Source: an uncultured Solirubrobacterales bacterium
GTDB taxonomy: Bacteria > Actinomycetota > Thermoleophilia > Solirubrobacterales > Solirubrobacteraceae
Direction: 5' to 3'
Assembly (NCBI GenBank): GCA_963704385.1
Contig: OY969904.1
Coordinates: 4,908,825-4,972,824, forward strand
DNA: 64,000 nucleotides
The notes beneath the pieces are model-generated. The model saw nothing but the letters and a program-made list of their open reading frames with translations. It had not been told where the DNA came from and made no database searches. Numbering within the stretch: the first letter of the stretch is position 1; the number at the start of each line of letters is the position of its first letter. A program made the translations under genes and the position numbers. Positions 49,595 through 59,584 of the stretch are shown here, piece after piece.

Positions 49595-50083
49595 TCAGGA
49601 CAGCTTCACGACGAAGCTGGAATCGCCGTTCGCGAGGTCGACGATGGACAGCGAGCCGTGCGCTCCCTTGAACCGCCCCGTACCCTCGCTCAGGCGCACG
49701 ACGGCGGCGTTGTCCTGGAAGTGCAGCACGAACTGGTTGAACAGCAGCATCGAGCCGCCGATCGCGATCTGGAGGTCGCAGGTGCCCGTGCTCGAGTTCG
49801 AGAACGTGCACGTCATGTGGTCGGTGGCGCTCCACTGCTTGGCGTGGCTCTTCGCGGTCCCGACGTACAGCGTGTCGATCTCGTCAAAGCCGTCGCCGGC
49901 CGTCGGCAGCGTCGCCGGCGGGTTGATATTGATCGGCTCGCCGGCCGCATTGTGGAAGTGCGCGGGGCCGCTGACCTGATAGAAGCTGAGCGTTTGCCCG
50001 GTCTTGGCGCCGGTCGCCGGGGCGGCGATCGCAGCGCCCGCTGCGGCTAGCACAGCGATGCCGGCTGTGAGTTGTCTCTTCAT
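49595..50083 (-). CDS. Secreted protein (dirigent/allene-oxide-cyclase-like beta-barrel by inference)
   Basis: GGAGGAGG SD, signal peptide, GTGRFKGAHG motif, Cys pair. Confidence 0.75.
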   Translation of the reverse strand: MKRQLTAGIAVLAAAGAAIAAPATGAKTGQTLSFYQVSGPAHFHNAAGEPININPPATLPTAGDGFDEIDTLYVGTAKSHAKQWSATDHMTCTFSNSSTGTCDLQIAIGGSMLLFNQFVLHFQDNAAVVRLSEGTGRFKGAHGSLSIVDLANGDSSFVVKLS

Positions 50084-50149
50084 GGTGTCCTCCTCCTGGT
50101 GTGTGCGTTTGTTGTGTTCGCGTGCTGTCGCGACCGACGCGGCAGCTCC

Positions 50150-50573
50150 GGGAAAACTCGACGGTCGGCCGAGTGCGCCAGCGAACCGGCTGGTGCCCGC
50201 CATGAGGCTCCCGATGTCGCCGCGATGGCCCAGGAGCAGTGAGATGTAGAGCGTGCCCGCCGCCAGCTCGACCGTTGCGTAGCACCCATGCGTCACGTGC
50301 GCACGGCAGTTGACCGCGTCGGTGCCGACCGGCCCGCCGCCGGGGTTGCTGTCGGAGTCGGTCGTCACAAACCGCCGGGTGTTGACCGCATCCGCGCCGA
50401 TCACGCCGCCGCTCGTGGCCTTCGACCTGCACCACGATTCTGCCGGCGGGAACATCCACGCTGCGCTCGGTCACCGCCACCAAGCTGAGCGTCCCCGTTC
50501 CGGCGCGCGCCGCCCCCGCACCGGCCGGCAATACGACCGCGACGGCCGCCGCGACGCCCAGCAGCCAGCTCAT
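50150..50573 (-). pseudogene. Frameshifted paralog of the secreted beta-barrel protein
   Basis: Signal peptide from ATG 50573; a second frame carries VGTDAVNC..GCYATVELAAGTL...AGTSRFAGA. Confidence 0.5.
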
Positions 50574-50641
50574 CGAACACCGGCCCGGTCCACGCTCTCG
50601 CATGGCCCCCAAGCTACGGCCGCGTACGAGCGGCGACATCA

Positions 50642-50683
50642 GTCCTCAGGAGGAACTCCGATGCGGCCGTGTCGTCCTCAGGA
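50642..50683. promoter_or_regulatory. Paired GTCCTCAGGA boxes, candidate response-regulator sites
   Basis: 10-mers at 50642 and 50674 upstream of minus-strand -10-like TAGCTT (50611-50616). Confidence 0.45.
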
Positions 50684-51063
50684 AGGAGTCACGGCAAAGT
50701 CCTTGACCCGCTACGCACCGGACGCCCCGCAGCCAGGCCACCTAGCTCTGTCTGCGGCAGCCGCCGAAGCGCTCCTCTCGTTCGACGACGACTCCGACGC
50801 AGCGAACCCGGAGCGAGTGAACCGGCAGCGCCGTCGGCCTCCGCCGAGACCTGCTCTGCGACTGCCACGGGGCATGTCGGACAGCGCCGGCCACTGCCCT
50901 CCGTTGCGCGGAAAGCAGGCAGCACGCGGACGAGCGCTTTCGCCGTACTCGTCTCTCTGAGGCCGACCACTCCTTCGGCGACGTCCCGATCGTTCCGATT
51001 TGCTCCGGCCCGTGCGACTACGCGCTCTCGAGTTCACGCGATACCGCTCACGACAAAGCAGCG

Positions 51064-51288
51064 GTGGCGCGTGCCCGGCCACTGCTTGACGACGGAACGC
51101 CGTACCCGGAGCTGCTCTACGACGATTCCGCCTGCAGCGAGAGTTTGCTCGGGCGCACCGCTGACGCGCTGTGGCACCTGCGTCGTGCGGTGGAGCTGAT
51201 GCCCGAGCCGGCTCACTTCGCCCGTGAGGACGAGTATCTGGCGGCGCTGCGCGACGAGCCGGCGTTCGCCGAGCTCACCGCCGAGTGA
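51064..51288 (+). pseudogene. C-terminal TPR-like fragment
   Basis: LLYDDSACSESLLGRTADALWHLRRAVEL...LRDEPAF resembles YNLAC..SL.G...A...L..A TPR tails; no upstream domain. Confidence 0.55.
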
Positions 51289-51455
51289 GCGGCCGCTGCG
51301 GGACGGCGGGACACCGACGCACGGCAGTGGGCAACATGCCCGCGTGGAGTAGCGCGGGTTTTGCCTGATGGATTACTGAGCTAGCCTGGTGCGGTGGTAC
51401 ACGCGGCTAACACCGAAGCGGCGTGGGCGACGGTCTAAGCAAGGGTGCGGCAGAG

Positions 51456-52832
51456 ATGAGCGAGAGATTTGACGTGATTGTCGTCGGAGCGCGCTGCGCC
51501 GGAGCGCCGCTTGCAACATTGCTGGCGCGCCAGGGAGTCCGGGTGGCAGTAGTCGAACGCGCAGAGTTCCCGCGTGACACGCTGTCTTCACACGTGTTCC
51601 AGGCTCCGGGGATCAACCTCCTCGGGCGGTTGGGAGTGCTGGAGAGCGCTCGCGAGACTGGCGCGCCCTGTATCCGGCATTTGGACTTCCGTCAGGACGA
51701 GTTCGCGACCATGGCGCCGTTCCCGTTGCGACCCGGGGATGTCGGAGGGTTCATGTCGGTCCGGCGGTTTGTGCTCGATCCCTTGCTGGCTGACGCCGCA
51801 GCGGAGGCGGGTGCCGAGGTGATGATGGCGACCGACGCGACCGGCTTGCTCGAGCGCGATGGCCGTGTATCTGGCGTGCGCGTGTCCGCCGGCGGAACCG
51901 AGCGCGATCTCTCAGCACGCCTCGTTGTGGGCGCCGATGGTCGGAATTCGACGGTCGCGAAGCTGACGGGTGCTCGCAAGTACCACGTTGTCCCGAGCGA
52001 GCGCTTCCTCTACTGGGCGTTCTTTGAGGGCGCCAATCCTGGCCCGCACCCGGAGCTCGTGTTCCACCACTGGGCCGGGCGCGTCGTGATCGCGTGCCCC
52101 TCCGATAGCGGCCTCTACCAGGTGATCGTGGTGCCCGACAACCGCTTCCTGCCTGACTTCCGCGCCGATCTGGAAGGAGCGTTCATAGAGCACGCACGGG
52201 CGTGCGCGCCGGTCGCCCAGACGATCGACGGCGCCACCAGGGTCGGCAAGCTGCTCGGCATGGTGCGATTTGAGAGCTTCTTCCGCGAGTCGGCGGGTCC
52301 CGGATGGGCGCTGGTCGGGGACGCCGGCCAGTTCAAGGACCCCACCCCGGGTCAGGGGATGACCGACGCGTTTCGCCAGGCGGCCGCAATGGCGCCGGTG
52401 ATCACCGGGGCACTCGGCGGCTCGGACGCAGAGCTCGACGCCGCGCTGGCCGCTTGGGCGCAGTGGCGCGACCGCGACGCGTTCGAGCACCACTGGCTGT
52501 CGTGTGATCTCGGCGCCTCGGGCCGGATGCCGATCGTGGTACCCGAGATGATGCGACGGATCGACGGCCGCGGCGGGTTCGACGGCTTCATCGACATCCT
52601 CCAGCACCGCGTCATGCCCTCTCGCGTCATGACCCCGCCGCGGTTGCTCTCGAGCGCCGCTGCCATGCTGATGCGGGGCGGGTCCGATCGTCGCGCGGTC
52701 CTGCGAGGCGTCGGCGAGCTTGTGATCGCGGACGCCCGCCGCAAGCGATTGCGCCGCAGCCCGACCTTCGTGGATCCGGTGGCCCACGCCGATGCGGGGG
52801 AGACCGAGGTTCCGGAGGTGGTCGCGGCATGA
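51456..52832 (+). CDS. FAD-dependent oxidoreductase/monooxygenase
   Basis: VVGARCAG, VVGADGRNS, LVGDAGQFKDPTPGQG. Confidence 0.9.
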   Translation: MSERFDVIVVGARCAGAPLATLLARQGVRVAVVERAEFPRDTLSSHVFQAPGINLLGRLGVLESARETGAPCIRHLDFRQDEFATMAPFPLRPGDVGGFMSVRRFVLDPLLADAAAEAGAEVMMATDATGLLERDGRVSGVRVSAGGTERDLSARLVVGADGRNSTVAKLTGARKYHVVPSERFLYWAFFEGANPGPHPELVFHHWAGRVVIACPSDSGLYQVIVVPDNRFLPDFRADLEGAFIEHARACAPVAQTIDGATRVGKLLGMVRFESFFRESAGPGWALVGDAGQFKDPTPGQGMTDAFRQAAAMAPVITGALGGSDAELDAALAAWAQWRDRDAFEHHWLSCDLGASGRMPIVVPEMMRRIDGRGGFDGFIDILQHRVMPSRVMTPPRLLSSAAAMLMRGGSDRRAVLRGVGELVIADARRKRLRRSPTFVDPVAHADAGETEVPEVVAA

Positions 52833-53674
52833 ACGCGGTGGCGACGGAGACGGTTGTCGTTCGCGGCGTCTGCTCCCCGGTCCTGCAGACTGGCCCATCA
52901 GGCCAAGCTGAAGCGATCGTGTTCGTCCACGGCAATCCCGGACCGGCCGAGGACTGGCGAGAGCTGATGACGCTGACAGGCGAGTTCGCGCGGTCGCTCG
53001 CGCCCGACATGCCCGGCTACGGCAGCGCGGACAAACCCCGCGATTTCCAGTACACGATCGACGGCTATGCCGAGCATCTCGCGGGCGTGTTGGAGGAGCT
53101 CGGCGTCACCCGCGCTCACCTCGTCCTGCACGATTTCGGCGGACCGTGGGGACTTGCCTGGGCGGCCCGTCACCCGGATTCGTTCGCCAGCGCCACGCTG
53201 ATCAATACGGGCCTCCTACCGGATTACACGTGGCACCACTACGCCAAGATCTGGCGCACCCCCGTCGTCGGCGAGCTGTTCCAACTAACCGCGACCAAGC
53301 CAGCATTCAGGATGCTGCTCGGGCGCGAGAACCCCAGATTGCAAACCGCAACGCTCGACCGAATCTACGAAGCCGCCCGGGAGTGGCCGACCAAGCGGGC
53401 CATCCTCAAGCTCTATCGAGCGTCGCCCGCGAGTGCGATGCGCGGGCCTATTGACGAGCTGCGGGCGCTGGACCGGCCGGCACTCGTCCTGTGGGGAACC
53501 ACAGATGCCTACCTCCCGTGGCAGATGGCCGAGCGACAGCGGCTGGCCTTCCCCTCCGCACGGGTCGAGCTGCTCGAGGGACTTGGGCATTGGCCTTTCC
53601 ATGAAGACCCCGGCCAGGTCGCGGAGCTGGTGGTCCCGTTCCTACGCGAGCGGGTCGCCGCACCCATCGCCTAG
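52829..53674 (+). CDS. Alpha/beta hydrolase (epoxide hydrolase/dehalogenase-like)
   Basis: VHGNP, DMPGYG, HDFGG (Asp nucleophile), GHWPFHE. Confidence 0.9.
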   Translation: MNAVATETVVVRGVCSPVLQTGPSGQAEAIVFVHGNPGPAEDWRELMTLTGEFARSLAPDMPGYGSADKPRDFQYTIDGYAEHLAGVLEELGVTRAHLVLHDFGGPWGLAWAARHPDSFASATLINTGLLPDYTWHHYAKIWRTPVVGELFQLTATKPAFRMLLGRENPRLQTATLDRIYEAAREWPTKRAILKLYRASPASAMRGPIDELRALDRPALVLWGTTDAYLPWQMAERQRLAFPSARVELLEGLGHWPFHEDPGQVAELVVPFLRERVAAPIA

Positions 53675-53837
53675 CGGCCCCGCGGCGGGCTTCGGCGACG
53701 GACCAGCCACGCCAGACCATCGTGGTCTCGTGACCGCTACTGTCCGCAAGCGATAGCGTCGACGTGTTCTAGCGCGCTGCCCGTGGCTTCTGCTCCTTCG
53801 CGATTGCGGCACTCGGCTGGCGGCGCTGCGGCTGGTG

Positions 53838-54395
53838 TCACTCGCCGAGTCGCAATTGGATCGACTCGGTGAGGAGCTCGAGCAGCAGTTCGAAGTCGGC
53901 GTCGCGTTGCCGGGCGGTCTGGGCGTCGAAGCGGCCTGCGACCTCGCTGAGCGCGAAGCCGAGGACGGCGGTGCTCAGCAGTCGCTGCATCTGGTCGGCG
54001 CGTTCCTGGGGGATGCCGGCGTCCGCGAGCGCGAGACCGATCGCGTCGCGCGCTTGGCGGGCCGCGGCGGTGGCTGCCGGTCGCTGAAGCAGAAGAGGAA
54101 ACACGCTCGGATGGCGGCGGGCGGTCGCACGGAGATCGTTCGCGAACGCAGCGAGACGTTCAGGCCAGGCAAGATCAGGGGCGGGCTGCACGGCTTCGGC
54201 GAGCAGCAGCTCCACGAGCCCGTCGAGCAGGTCGGCCTTACCCGCAACGTGCCGGTAAAGCGCCATCGTCGTCACGCCGAGGCGCTGGGCAAGCGAGGCC
54301 ATCGTCACCGCGTCAAGTCCGCGTTCGTCGGTAAGCGCGAGAGCTTCTGAGAGGACACGCGCGCGATCGATTCGAGCAGGCCGACCCACCCGCAT
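53838..54395 (-). CDS. TetR family regulator
   Basis: GLDAVTMASLAQRLGVTTMALYRHVAGK. Confidence 0.92.
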   Translation of the reverse strand: MRVGRPARIDRARVLSEALALTDERGLDAVTMASLAQRLGVTTMALYRHVAGKADLLDGLVELLLAEAVQPAPDLAWPERLAAFANDLRATARRHPSVFPLLLQRPAATAAARQARDAIGLALADAGIPQERADQMQRLLSTAVLGFALSEVAGRFDAQTARQRDADFELLLELLTESIQLRLGE

Positions 54396-54415
54396 AAGTA
54401 TATGACGTACACTTA
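54395..54415. promoter_or_regulatory. Palindromic TetR operator
   Basis: TAAGTATATGACGTACACTTA fills the 25-bp divergent gap. Confidence 0.7.
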
Positions 54416-54420
54416 CTTCA

Positions 54421-55326
54421 GTGACGACAGACGCACACAGTCAACTCGCCCGGCGCCCCAGCCGCACGGCGCAGCTGATGGCCGTCCAGCGCGGACTGGA
54501 GTCCACCAGGTCCGCTCAGACGAGGCTGTTCCAAGACCCCCTCGCCGGGCGGTTCGTCTCGCCCGCGTGGCGGTTCGCACTGCGGGGCGCCCGGTTCGTC
54601 GTCGTGCGACGCGCGATCGAGGCGATCTACGACCTCATCGGCGGTCCCGGGCCCCGAGCCTCCGCGATCGCGCGCACCAAGCTGATCGACGATCTCATCT
54701 GCGAAGCGTCACCGTCGATCGATCAGCTCGTGATCCTCGGGGCTGGCTACGACACGCGCGCGCACCGTCTGGACTGCCTCTCAGACCGTGCGGTCTACGA
54801 GATCGACCACCCCAATACGCAGGCTTACAAGCGGACTGTCCTCGCTCGCGCCAAGCTATCCGCGGCGACGGCGCCAAGGTACGTCGCGGTCGACTTCGAG
54901 CGCGACGACCTCACCGCCGCTCTGATCGCATCCGGCTATCAGCGTGCTCGGCGGGGCATGTTTCTCTGGGAGGGCGTGACCCAATATCTGTCCTCGGAGG
55001 CCGTCGACAAGACGCTCTCCGCGATCCATCAAGCGGCACGCCAAGGCGACACGCTGGTATTCACCTACGTCGACGACGCCGTGGTGAGCGGCGAGGACGA
55101 TCGATTCCCCGAAGCCGCCAGATGGCTGCACGGCACCGCCAACCGGGGCGAGCCCTGGATCTTCGGCGTGTCCCCAGCAGGTCTGCACGACTACCTGCGC
55201 ACGCGCGGGTTCTGCCTCGTAAGCGATCTCTCGACGCGCCAGGCCGGCGAGCGCTACTTCACGCCGCTGCGACGACACGACCGGGGCTCGGACCTATACC
55301 ACGTCGCCACGGCAACAATCAGCTAA
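54421..55326 (+). CDS. SAM-dependent methyltransferase (leucine carboxyl MTase-like)
   Basis: QLVILGAGYDTRA, YEIDHP, VAVDF, WEGVTQYL. Confidence 0.9.
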   Translation: MTTDAHSQLARRPSRTAQLMAVQRGLESTRSAQTRLFQDPLAGRFVSPAWRFALRGARFVVVRRAIEAIYDLIGGPGPRASAIARTKLIDDLICEASPSIDQLVILGAGYDTRAHRLDCLSDRAVYEIDHPNTQAYKRTVLARAKLSAATAPRYVAVDFERDDLTAALIASGYQRARRGMFLWEGVTQYLSSEAVDKTLSAIHQAARQGDTLVFTYVDDAVVSGEDDRFPEAARWLHGTANRGEPWIFGVSPAGLHDYLRTRGFCLVSDLSTRQAGERYFTPLRRHDRGSDLYHVATATIS

Positions 55327-55517
55327 CGGCGACACTCGCGCGCATCGTGCTGCCACCTCGTCGGCACCGCGGCAGCCTCACCCACACTGCCGCTCCTCGC
55401 AGGGAGCAGTCGCCGCGCCGCCGTGACCGCTCCAGGCGTCGAGCGGCAGCACTTGACCAATCGCCGCGCTCGCCGGCCAGTCCCGCATCGGCGGCGGCAC
55501 GCGCATGTGGTCCGGAG

Positions 55518-55580
55518 TTACGAGCTCCCGTGGACGTCGGCGAGCAGCAGCCGGATGGACGGCGACGCGCTGCTCGTCAT
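55518..55580 (-). pseudogene. N-terminal remnant of Cof-type HAD hydrolase
   Basis: ATG overlaps pgi stop; IRLLLADVHG resembles the HAD motif I (LLADVDG); stops after 20 codons. Confidence 0.5.
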
Positions 55581-57217
55581 CGCATTTCGCGGTACCGCCG
55601 GATCAGCGCGTTGGTTGAGCTGTCGTGCTGCAGGCTGGGCTCGTCGTCGGACTCGAGCTCGGGGATGATTCGCACCGCCAGCACCTTGCCCAGCTCGACG
55701 CCCCACTGGTCAAAGGAGTCGATGCCCCAGATCGTCCCCTGCGTGAACACGGTGTGCTCGTAGAGGGCGACGAGGGCGCCGAGCGTGTGCGGCGTGAGCT
55801 TCTGAGCCAGGATCACGTTGGTCGGCCGGTTGCCTTCGAACACGCGGTGCGGGACGACGGACTCCGGTGTTCCCTCGGCCCTGACCTCCTCTTCGGACTT
55901 GCCGAATGCCAGCGCCTCCGCCTGGGCGAACACGTTTGACATGAGGATGTCGTGGTGGTCGCGGATCGGGTTGAGCGTCCGGCCGAAACCGATCAAGTCC
56001 ACAGGGATCAGCTTCGTGCCTTGGTGGATCAGTTGGTAGAAGCTGTGCTGACCGTTCGTGCCCGGCTCACCCCAGAACACGGCCCCGGTCTGATAGTCCA
56101 CACGGTGACCGTCCAGCGTGACGTGCTTGCCGTTGGACTCCATCGTGAGCTGCTGGAGGTAGGCGGGAAAACGCTTCAGGTACTGCTCATAGGGCATGAC
56201 GCCGACCGTCTGGGCGCCGAAGAAGTCCCCGTACCAGACGGCCAGCACCCCGAGCAGGACCGGTAGGTTGCGCTCAAACGGCGTCGTGCGGAAGTGCACG
56301 TCCATCTCGTGAAAGCCGGCGAGCATCTCGCGGAACGCCTCGGGTCCGACAGCGATCATCGTCGACAGCCCGATCGCGGAATCCATCGAGTACCGGCCGC
56401 CGACCCAATCCCAGAAGATGAACATGTTGTCGGTGTCGATCCCGAATTTCGCCACGCCCTCCGCATTGGTGGAGACGGCGACGAAGTGCTTGGCGATCGC
56501 CGACTCGTCGCCCAGCGCGGCGAGCACCCAGTCGCGGGCGGTGCGCGCGTTGGTCATCGTCTCCAGCGTCGTGAACGTCTTCGACGAGATGATGAACAGC
56601 GTCTCCTCAGCGGCGAGGTCCCGAGTCGCCTCGGCCAAGTCCGTCGAGTCTACGTTCGACACGAACCGGAACGTGAGGTCTCGTCGCGAGTAGTGGCGCA
56701 ACGCCTCGTACGCCATCACCGGCCCGAGGTCCGAGCCGCCGATGCCAACGTTGATGACGTTGCGAATCGGCTTGCCCGTGTGACCCTTCCACTCCCCCGA
56801 GCGGATTCGGTCGGCGAACGCGGACATCTGGTCGAGCACGGCGTGCACCCCCGCGACGACGTCGACGCCGTCCACCACCAGCGACTGGCCCTTGGGCATC
56901 CGCAGCGCGACGTGAAGGACCGACCGATTCTCCGACACGTTGATCCGCTCTCCGCGGAACATCGCCTCGGTCCGCTCGTGCAGCCCGGACTCCTCGGCCA
57001 GCCGTAGCAGCAGCGAGATCGTCTCATCCGTGACGCGGTTCTTCGAATAGTCGAGATACAGACCGGCACCTTCGGCGACCAGTCGCTCGCCGCGGCGGGG
57101 GTCGCGGGCGAACAGGTCGCGAAGGTGGACCCTCTCGATCTCCCCGTGGTGGCGCCCCAGCGCCTGCCAGGCGGGACGCGTTTGGAGCGGCATCGTGGCC
57201 GTGGTCGCCGTGCTCAT
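55577..57217 (-). CDS. pgi: Glucose-6-phosphate isomerase
   Basis: [55 protein letters not shown]. Confidence 0.97.
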   Translation of the reverse strand: MSTATTATMPLQTRPAWQALGRHHGEIERVHLRDLFARDPRRGERLVAEGAGLYLDYSKNRVTDETISLLLRLAEESGLHERTEAMFRGERINVSENRSVLHVALRMPKGQSLVVDGVDVVAGVHAVLDQMSAFADRIRSGEWKGHTGKPIRNVINVGIGGSDLGPVMAYEALRHYSRRDLTFRFVSNVDSTDLAEATRDLAAEETLFIISSKTFTTLETMTNARTARDWVLAALGDESAIAKHFVAVSTNAEGVAKFGIDTDNMFIFWDWVGGRYSMDSAIGLSTMIAVGPEAFREMLAGFHEMDVHFRTTPFERNLPVLLGVLAVWYGDFFGAQTVGVMPYEQYLKRFPAYLQQLTMESNGKHVTLDGHRVDYQTGAVFWGEPGTNGQHSFYQLIHQGTKLIPVDLIGFGRTLNPIRDHHDILMSNVFAQAEALAFGKSEEEVRAEGTPESVVPHRVFEGNRPTNVILAQKLTPHTLGALVALYEHTVFTQGTIWGIDSFDQWGVELGKVLAVRIIPELESDDEPSLQHDSSTNALIRRYREMR

Positions 57218-57441
57218 CGAGACTCCTTCGTTGCGGTGACGGCCCCCAACGACGCGCGTTGCGCATCGATGTGGGCCAGCAGATCGTTCCAGGAATCGAC
57301 GAAAGCCTTGGCGCCGTCCGTCTGGAGCTTGGCGGCGAGCGCGTCGAGATCGACCCCCGCTTCGGTGAACTCCGCCAGCGTCGCCTCCGAGTCGCCGCCG
57401 TCGGCCGGCATCGGCTTCACCGTGTGCCCATGATCGCCATA
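57214..57441 (-). pseudogene. tal: Transaldolase C-terminal fragment
   Basis: DHG...[38 protein letters not shown]; overlaps pgi start; upstream part replaced. Confidence 0.7.
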
Positions 57442-57455
57442 TCGGATCACGGGTG

Positions 57456-57845
57456 TCAGGGGACGCGATCGATCGGACGTGTCAGGTCTTCCCGTCCCAG
57501 AAGCGGGTCGTAACTCACGGGCCAGTACTCGATCTGACGAGCTATGTGGCCGCCTTCGAGCTCCGAGAAGGCTACGACGCGGGCCGACTGCTGGCCGTCG
57601 GTGACCGTGACCTCGCTCACTACGACATCTCCGTCCGCTACGAGGCGATGCACATCGAAGCTCCAGCGACCGGTGTTGGTTGGATAGCGATCCTGAATGT
57701 TGGCGAAGTCGCTCCGTCCCACGATCCGCTCGCCGGAGCACGGCCAGTCGATCACGCAGTCCAGTGCGAGATACGTCGCTGCTTTGTGCCAGTCGTTGTC
57801 CTGCATGGCGGCCCAAAACGCGCTCACGAGTTCTCGGCTCGACAC
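57456..57845 (-). CDS. SnoaL/NTF2-like protein
   Basis: [31 protein letters not shown]. Confidence 0.85.
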   Translation of the reverse strand: MSSRELVSAFWAAMQDNDWHKAATYLALDCVIDWPCSGERIVGRSDFANIQDRYPTNTGRWSFDVHRLVADGDVVVSEVTVTDGQQSARVVAFSELEGGHIARQIEYWPVSYDPLLGREDLTRPIDRVP

Positions 57846-58043
57846 TGACTCGGAGCCTACCGGTCGCTCCCGCCCGCGGCGCGTCTCTTAGTAGGTGATT
57901 CAGGCGTGCGCATCAACGTCCGTCGCCGCCTGCTGCTCCACTCCTGTCGAGCCAAGCGGAACTCGGCCGATCCTTCCGCGGGGCGAGACGCATCCGTCAG
58001 CATCAACGGCGGGGTTGTGGTTGCGGGCTGGCATGCTGTCGGT

Positions 58044-58952
58044 ATGGCGGAAGGCCGGCCGATCGATGTCGACGATGTTCCGTCGCACCGCTGGGAGTAC
58101 GGTGAGGTCGGCGCGGCGCGTCGTCGTCTTGGCATCGCGTGCGCCGCGAAGCGGCTCGGCATCGCGCTGATCGAAATCGATCCGGGGAAGCGTTCCACGC
58201 CGCCGCACTCCCATGCCGATGAGGACGAGGTGTTTCTCGTTTTGGCGGGCGGGGGCCTGAGCTTTCAGACCTCCGGCCCGGACGACGTGCGCACGTACGC
58301 GATCGGCGTCGACGATCTACTTCTGCACCCGGCGAATGGGGACGCTCACACGCTCATCGCCGGCGATCACGGGCTCACAGTGCTCGTGGCTGCCGAGGGA
58401 TCCCGGACGAACATCACTTACCTGCCACGGACGAAGCAGTTCTGGCTTGGCCCGGTGTGGTCGCCGGCAGGCAGCGCGCACCCATTCGAAGCCGATGCTG
58501 CGCTGGGCCCGCTGGAGCTGCCCGAGCCGACTCGTCGGCGACCGCCGACGATTCGCAACCTCGCCGAGCTCCCGCTCCAGGAGGGACGTGACGGCCGTCT
58601 CGCTTACGCCACTCGGGATGCGCGCGATATCGGCTCGGACAAGCTCGTTCTCGCACAGGACGAGATGCCACCCGACACGCACAACACTGAACTGCACTTC
58701 CACTCAGCGCGCGAAGAGGCGTGGTTCGTCCGAAGCGGCCACGGAACCGCGCGGCTCGGCGAGCAGGCACACCCGCTGCGAGAGGGATCGTTCTGGCTGC
58801 GCACGGAGAACACTGGGGTGGGCCACCGCATTGAGGTCGGCTCAGACGGTATGCAACTGGTGACCATCGGCGATCTGATTCCCGGCGACGTCTGCGTGTA
58901 TCCCGAGAAGCGAACGATCAAGCCGGCCCACGGCGTCGAGCTGTCCTACTGA
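58044..58952 (+). CDS. Bicupin domain protein
   Basis: HSHADEDEVFLVLAG and HFHSAREEAWFV cupin motifs. Confidence 0.85.
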   Translation: MAEGRPIDVDDVPSHRWEYGEVGAARRRLGIACAAKRLGIALIEIDPGKRSTPPHSHADEDEVFLVLAGGGLSFQTSGPDDVRTYAIGVDDLLLHPANGDAHTLIAGDHGLTVLVAAEGSRTNITYLPRTKQFWLGPVWSPAGSAHPFEADAALGPLELPEPTRRRPPTIRNLAELPLQEGRDGRLAYATRDARDIGSDKLVLAQDEMPPDTHNTELHFHSAREEAWFVRSGHGTARLGEQAHPLREGSFWLRTENTGVGHRIEVGSDGMQLVTIGDLIPGDVCVYPEKRTIKPAHGVELSY

Positions 58953-59093
58953 CGCTTCGTCACGCGCCGCGACGCCCAGCTCACCCGGGTCTACCGATCG
59001 CTGCCGCTCTTGCAGGAAACCTCGCTCCTGACCGGCTACCGCAATGGACGAGATCGGCGTTGCGTTAGGGCCTTATTAGCCGGGACCCGTTCC

Positions 59094-59474
59094 TCAACGA
59101 CGCCGCGGGGAGCGAACGCGGCGTTCGGATGCCGCGCAGTCCAGGCACAACACTCCGTCTGGCATGGCCTGCAGCCGGGCGCGGGCAATCGGATCGCCGC
59201 AAGCATCACACATCCCGTACGTCCCCTCGTCGAGCTTGACCAGCGCTCGCTGTATCCGCTCAAGTCCACGCTCCAGCGAGTCGCCAACGCCGATGTCGGT
59301 CAGCCGGCTCACGGCCTCAGAGGTGCCATCGCCGATTCGCTTACCGAACCCGACAGCGCTACCACGCTCGGGTCGCTTGGCGAGTACCGCCAAGCGCTCC
59401 CGCGCGCTTGCTCGGAGCGCTTCGAGTTTCCGACGGATCGCGTCAAGGTCTAGATCGCCAGCGGGCATGGCCAT
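59094..59474 (-). CDS. TraR/DksA C4-type zinc finger protein
   Basis: GTYGMCDACG...RLQAMP..LCLDC. Confidence 0.88.
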   Translation of the reverse strand: MAMPAGDLDLDAIRRKLEALRASARERLAVLAKRPERGSAVGFGKRIGDGTSEAVSRLTDIGVGDSLERGLERIQRALVKLDEGTYGMCDACGDPIARARLQAMPDGVLCLDCAASERRVRSPRRR

Positions 59475-59584
59475 GCGTCGTCCCAGCCAGTTAATCATCG
59501 GCCATGTCCCGTCTCTACGGCTACTCTTCGGCCGGCGTCAGACGAGGACCGTCATACCTCGTCGTCAGGCGCTCGCCGACTGCT

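Noticed and set aside
49595-50455. 286-aa fusion ORF
   Set aside because: Strong SD plus signal peptide at 50083 defines the real gene; the extension is the decayed upstream paralog read through.
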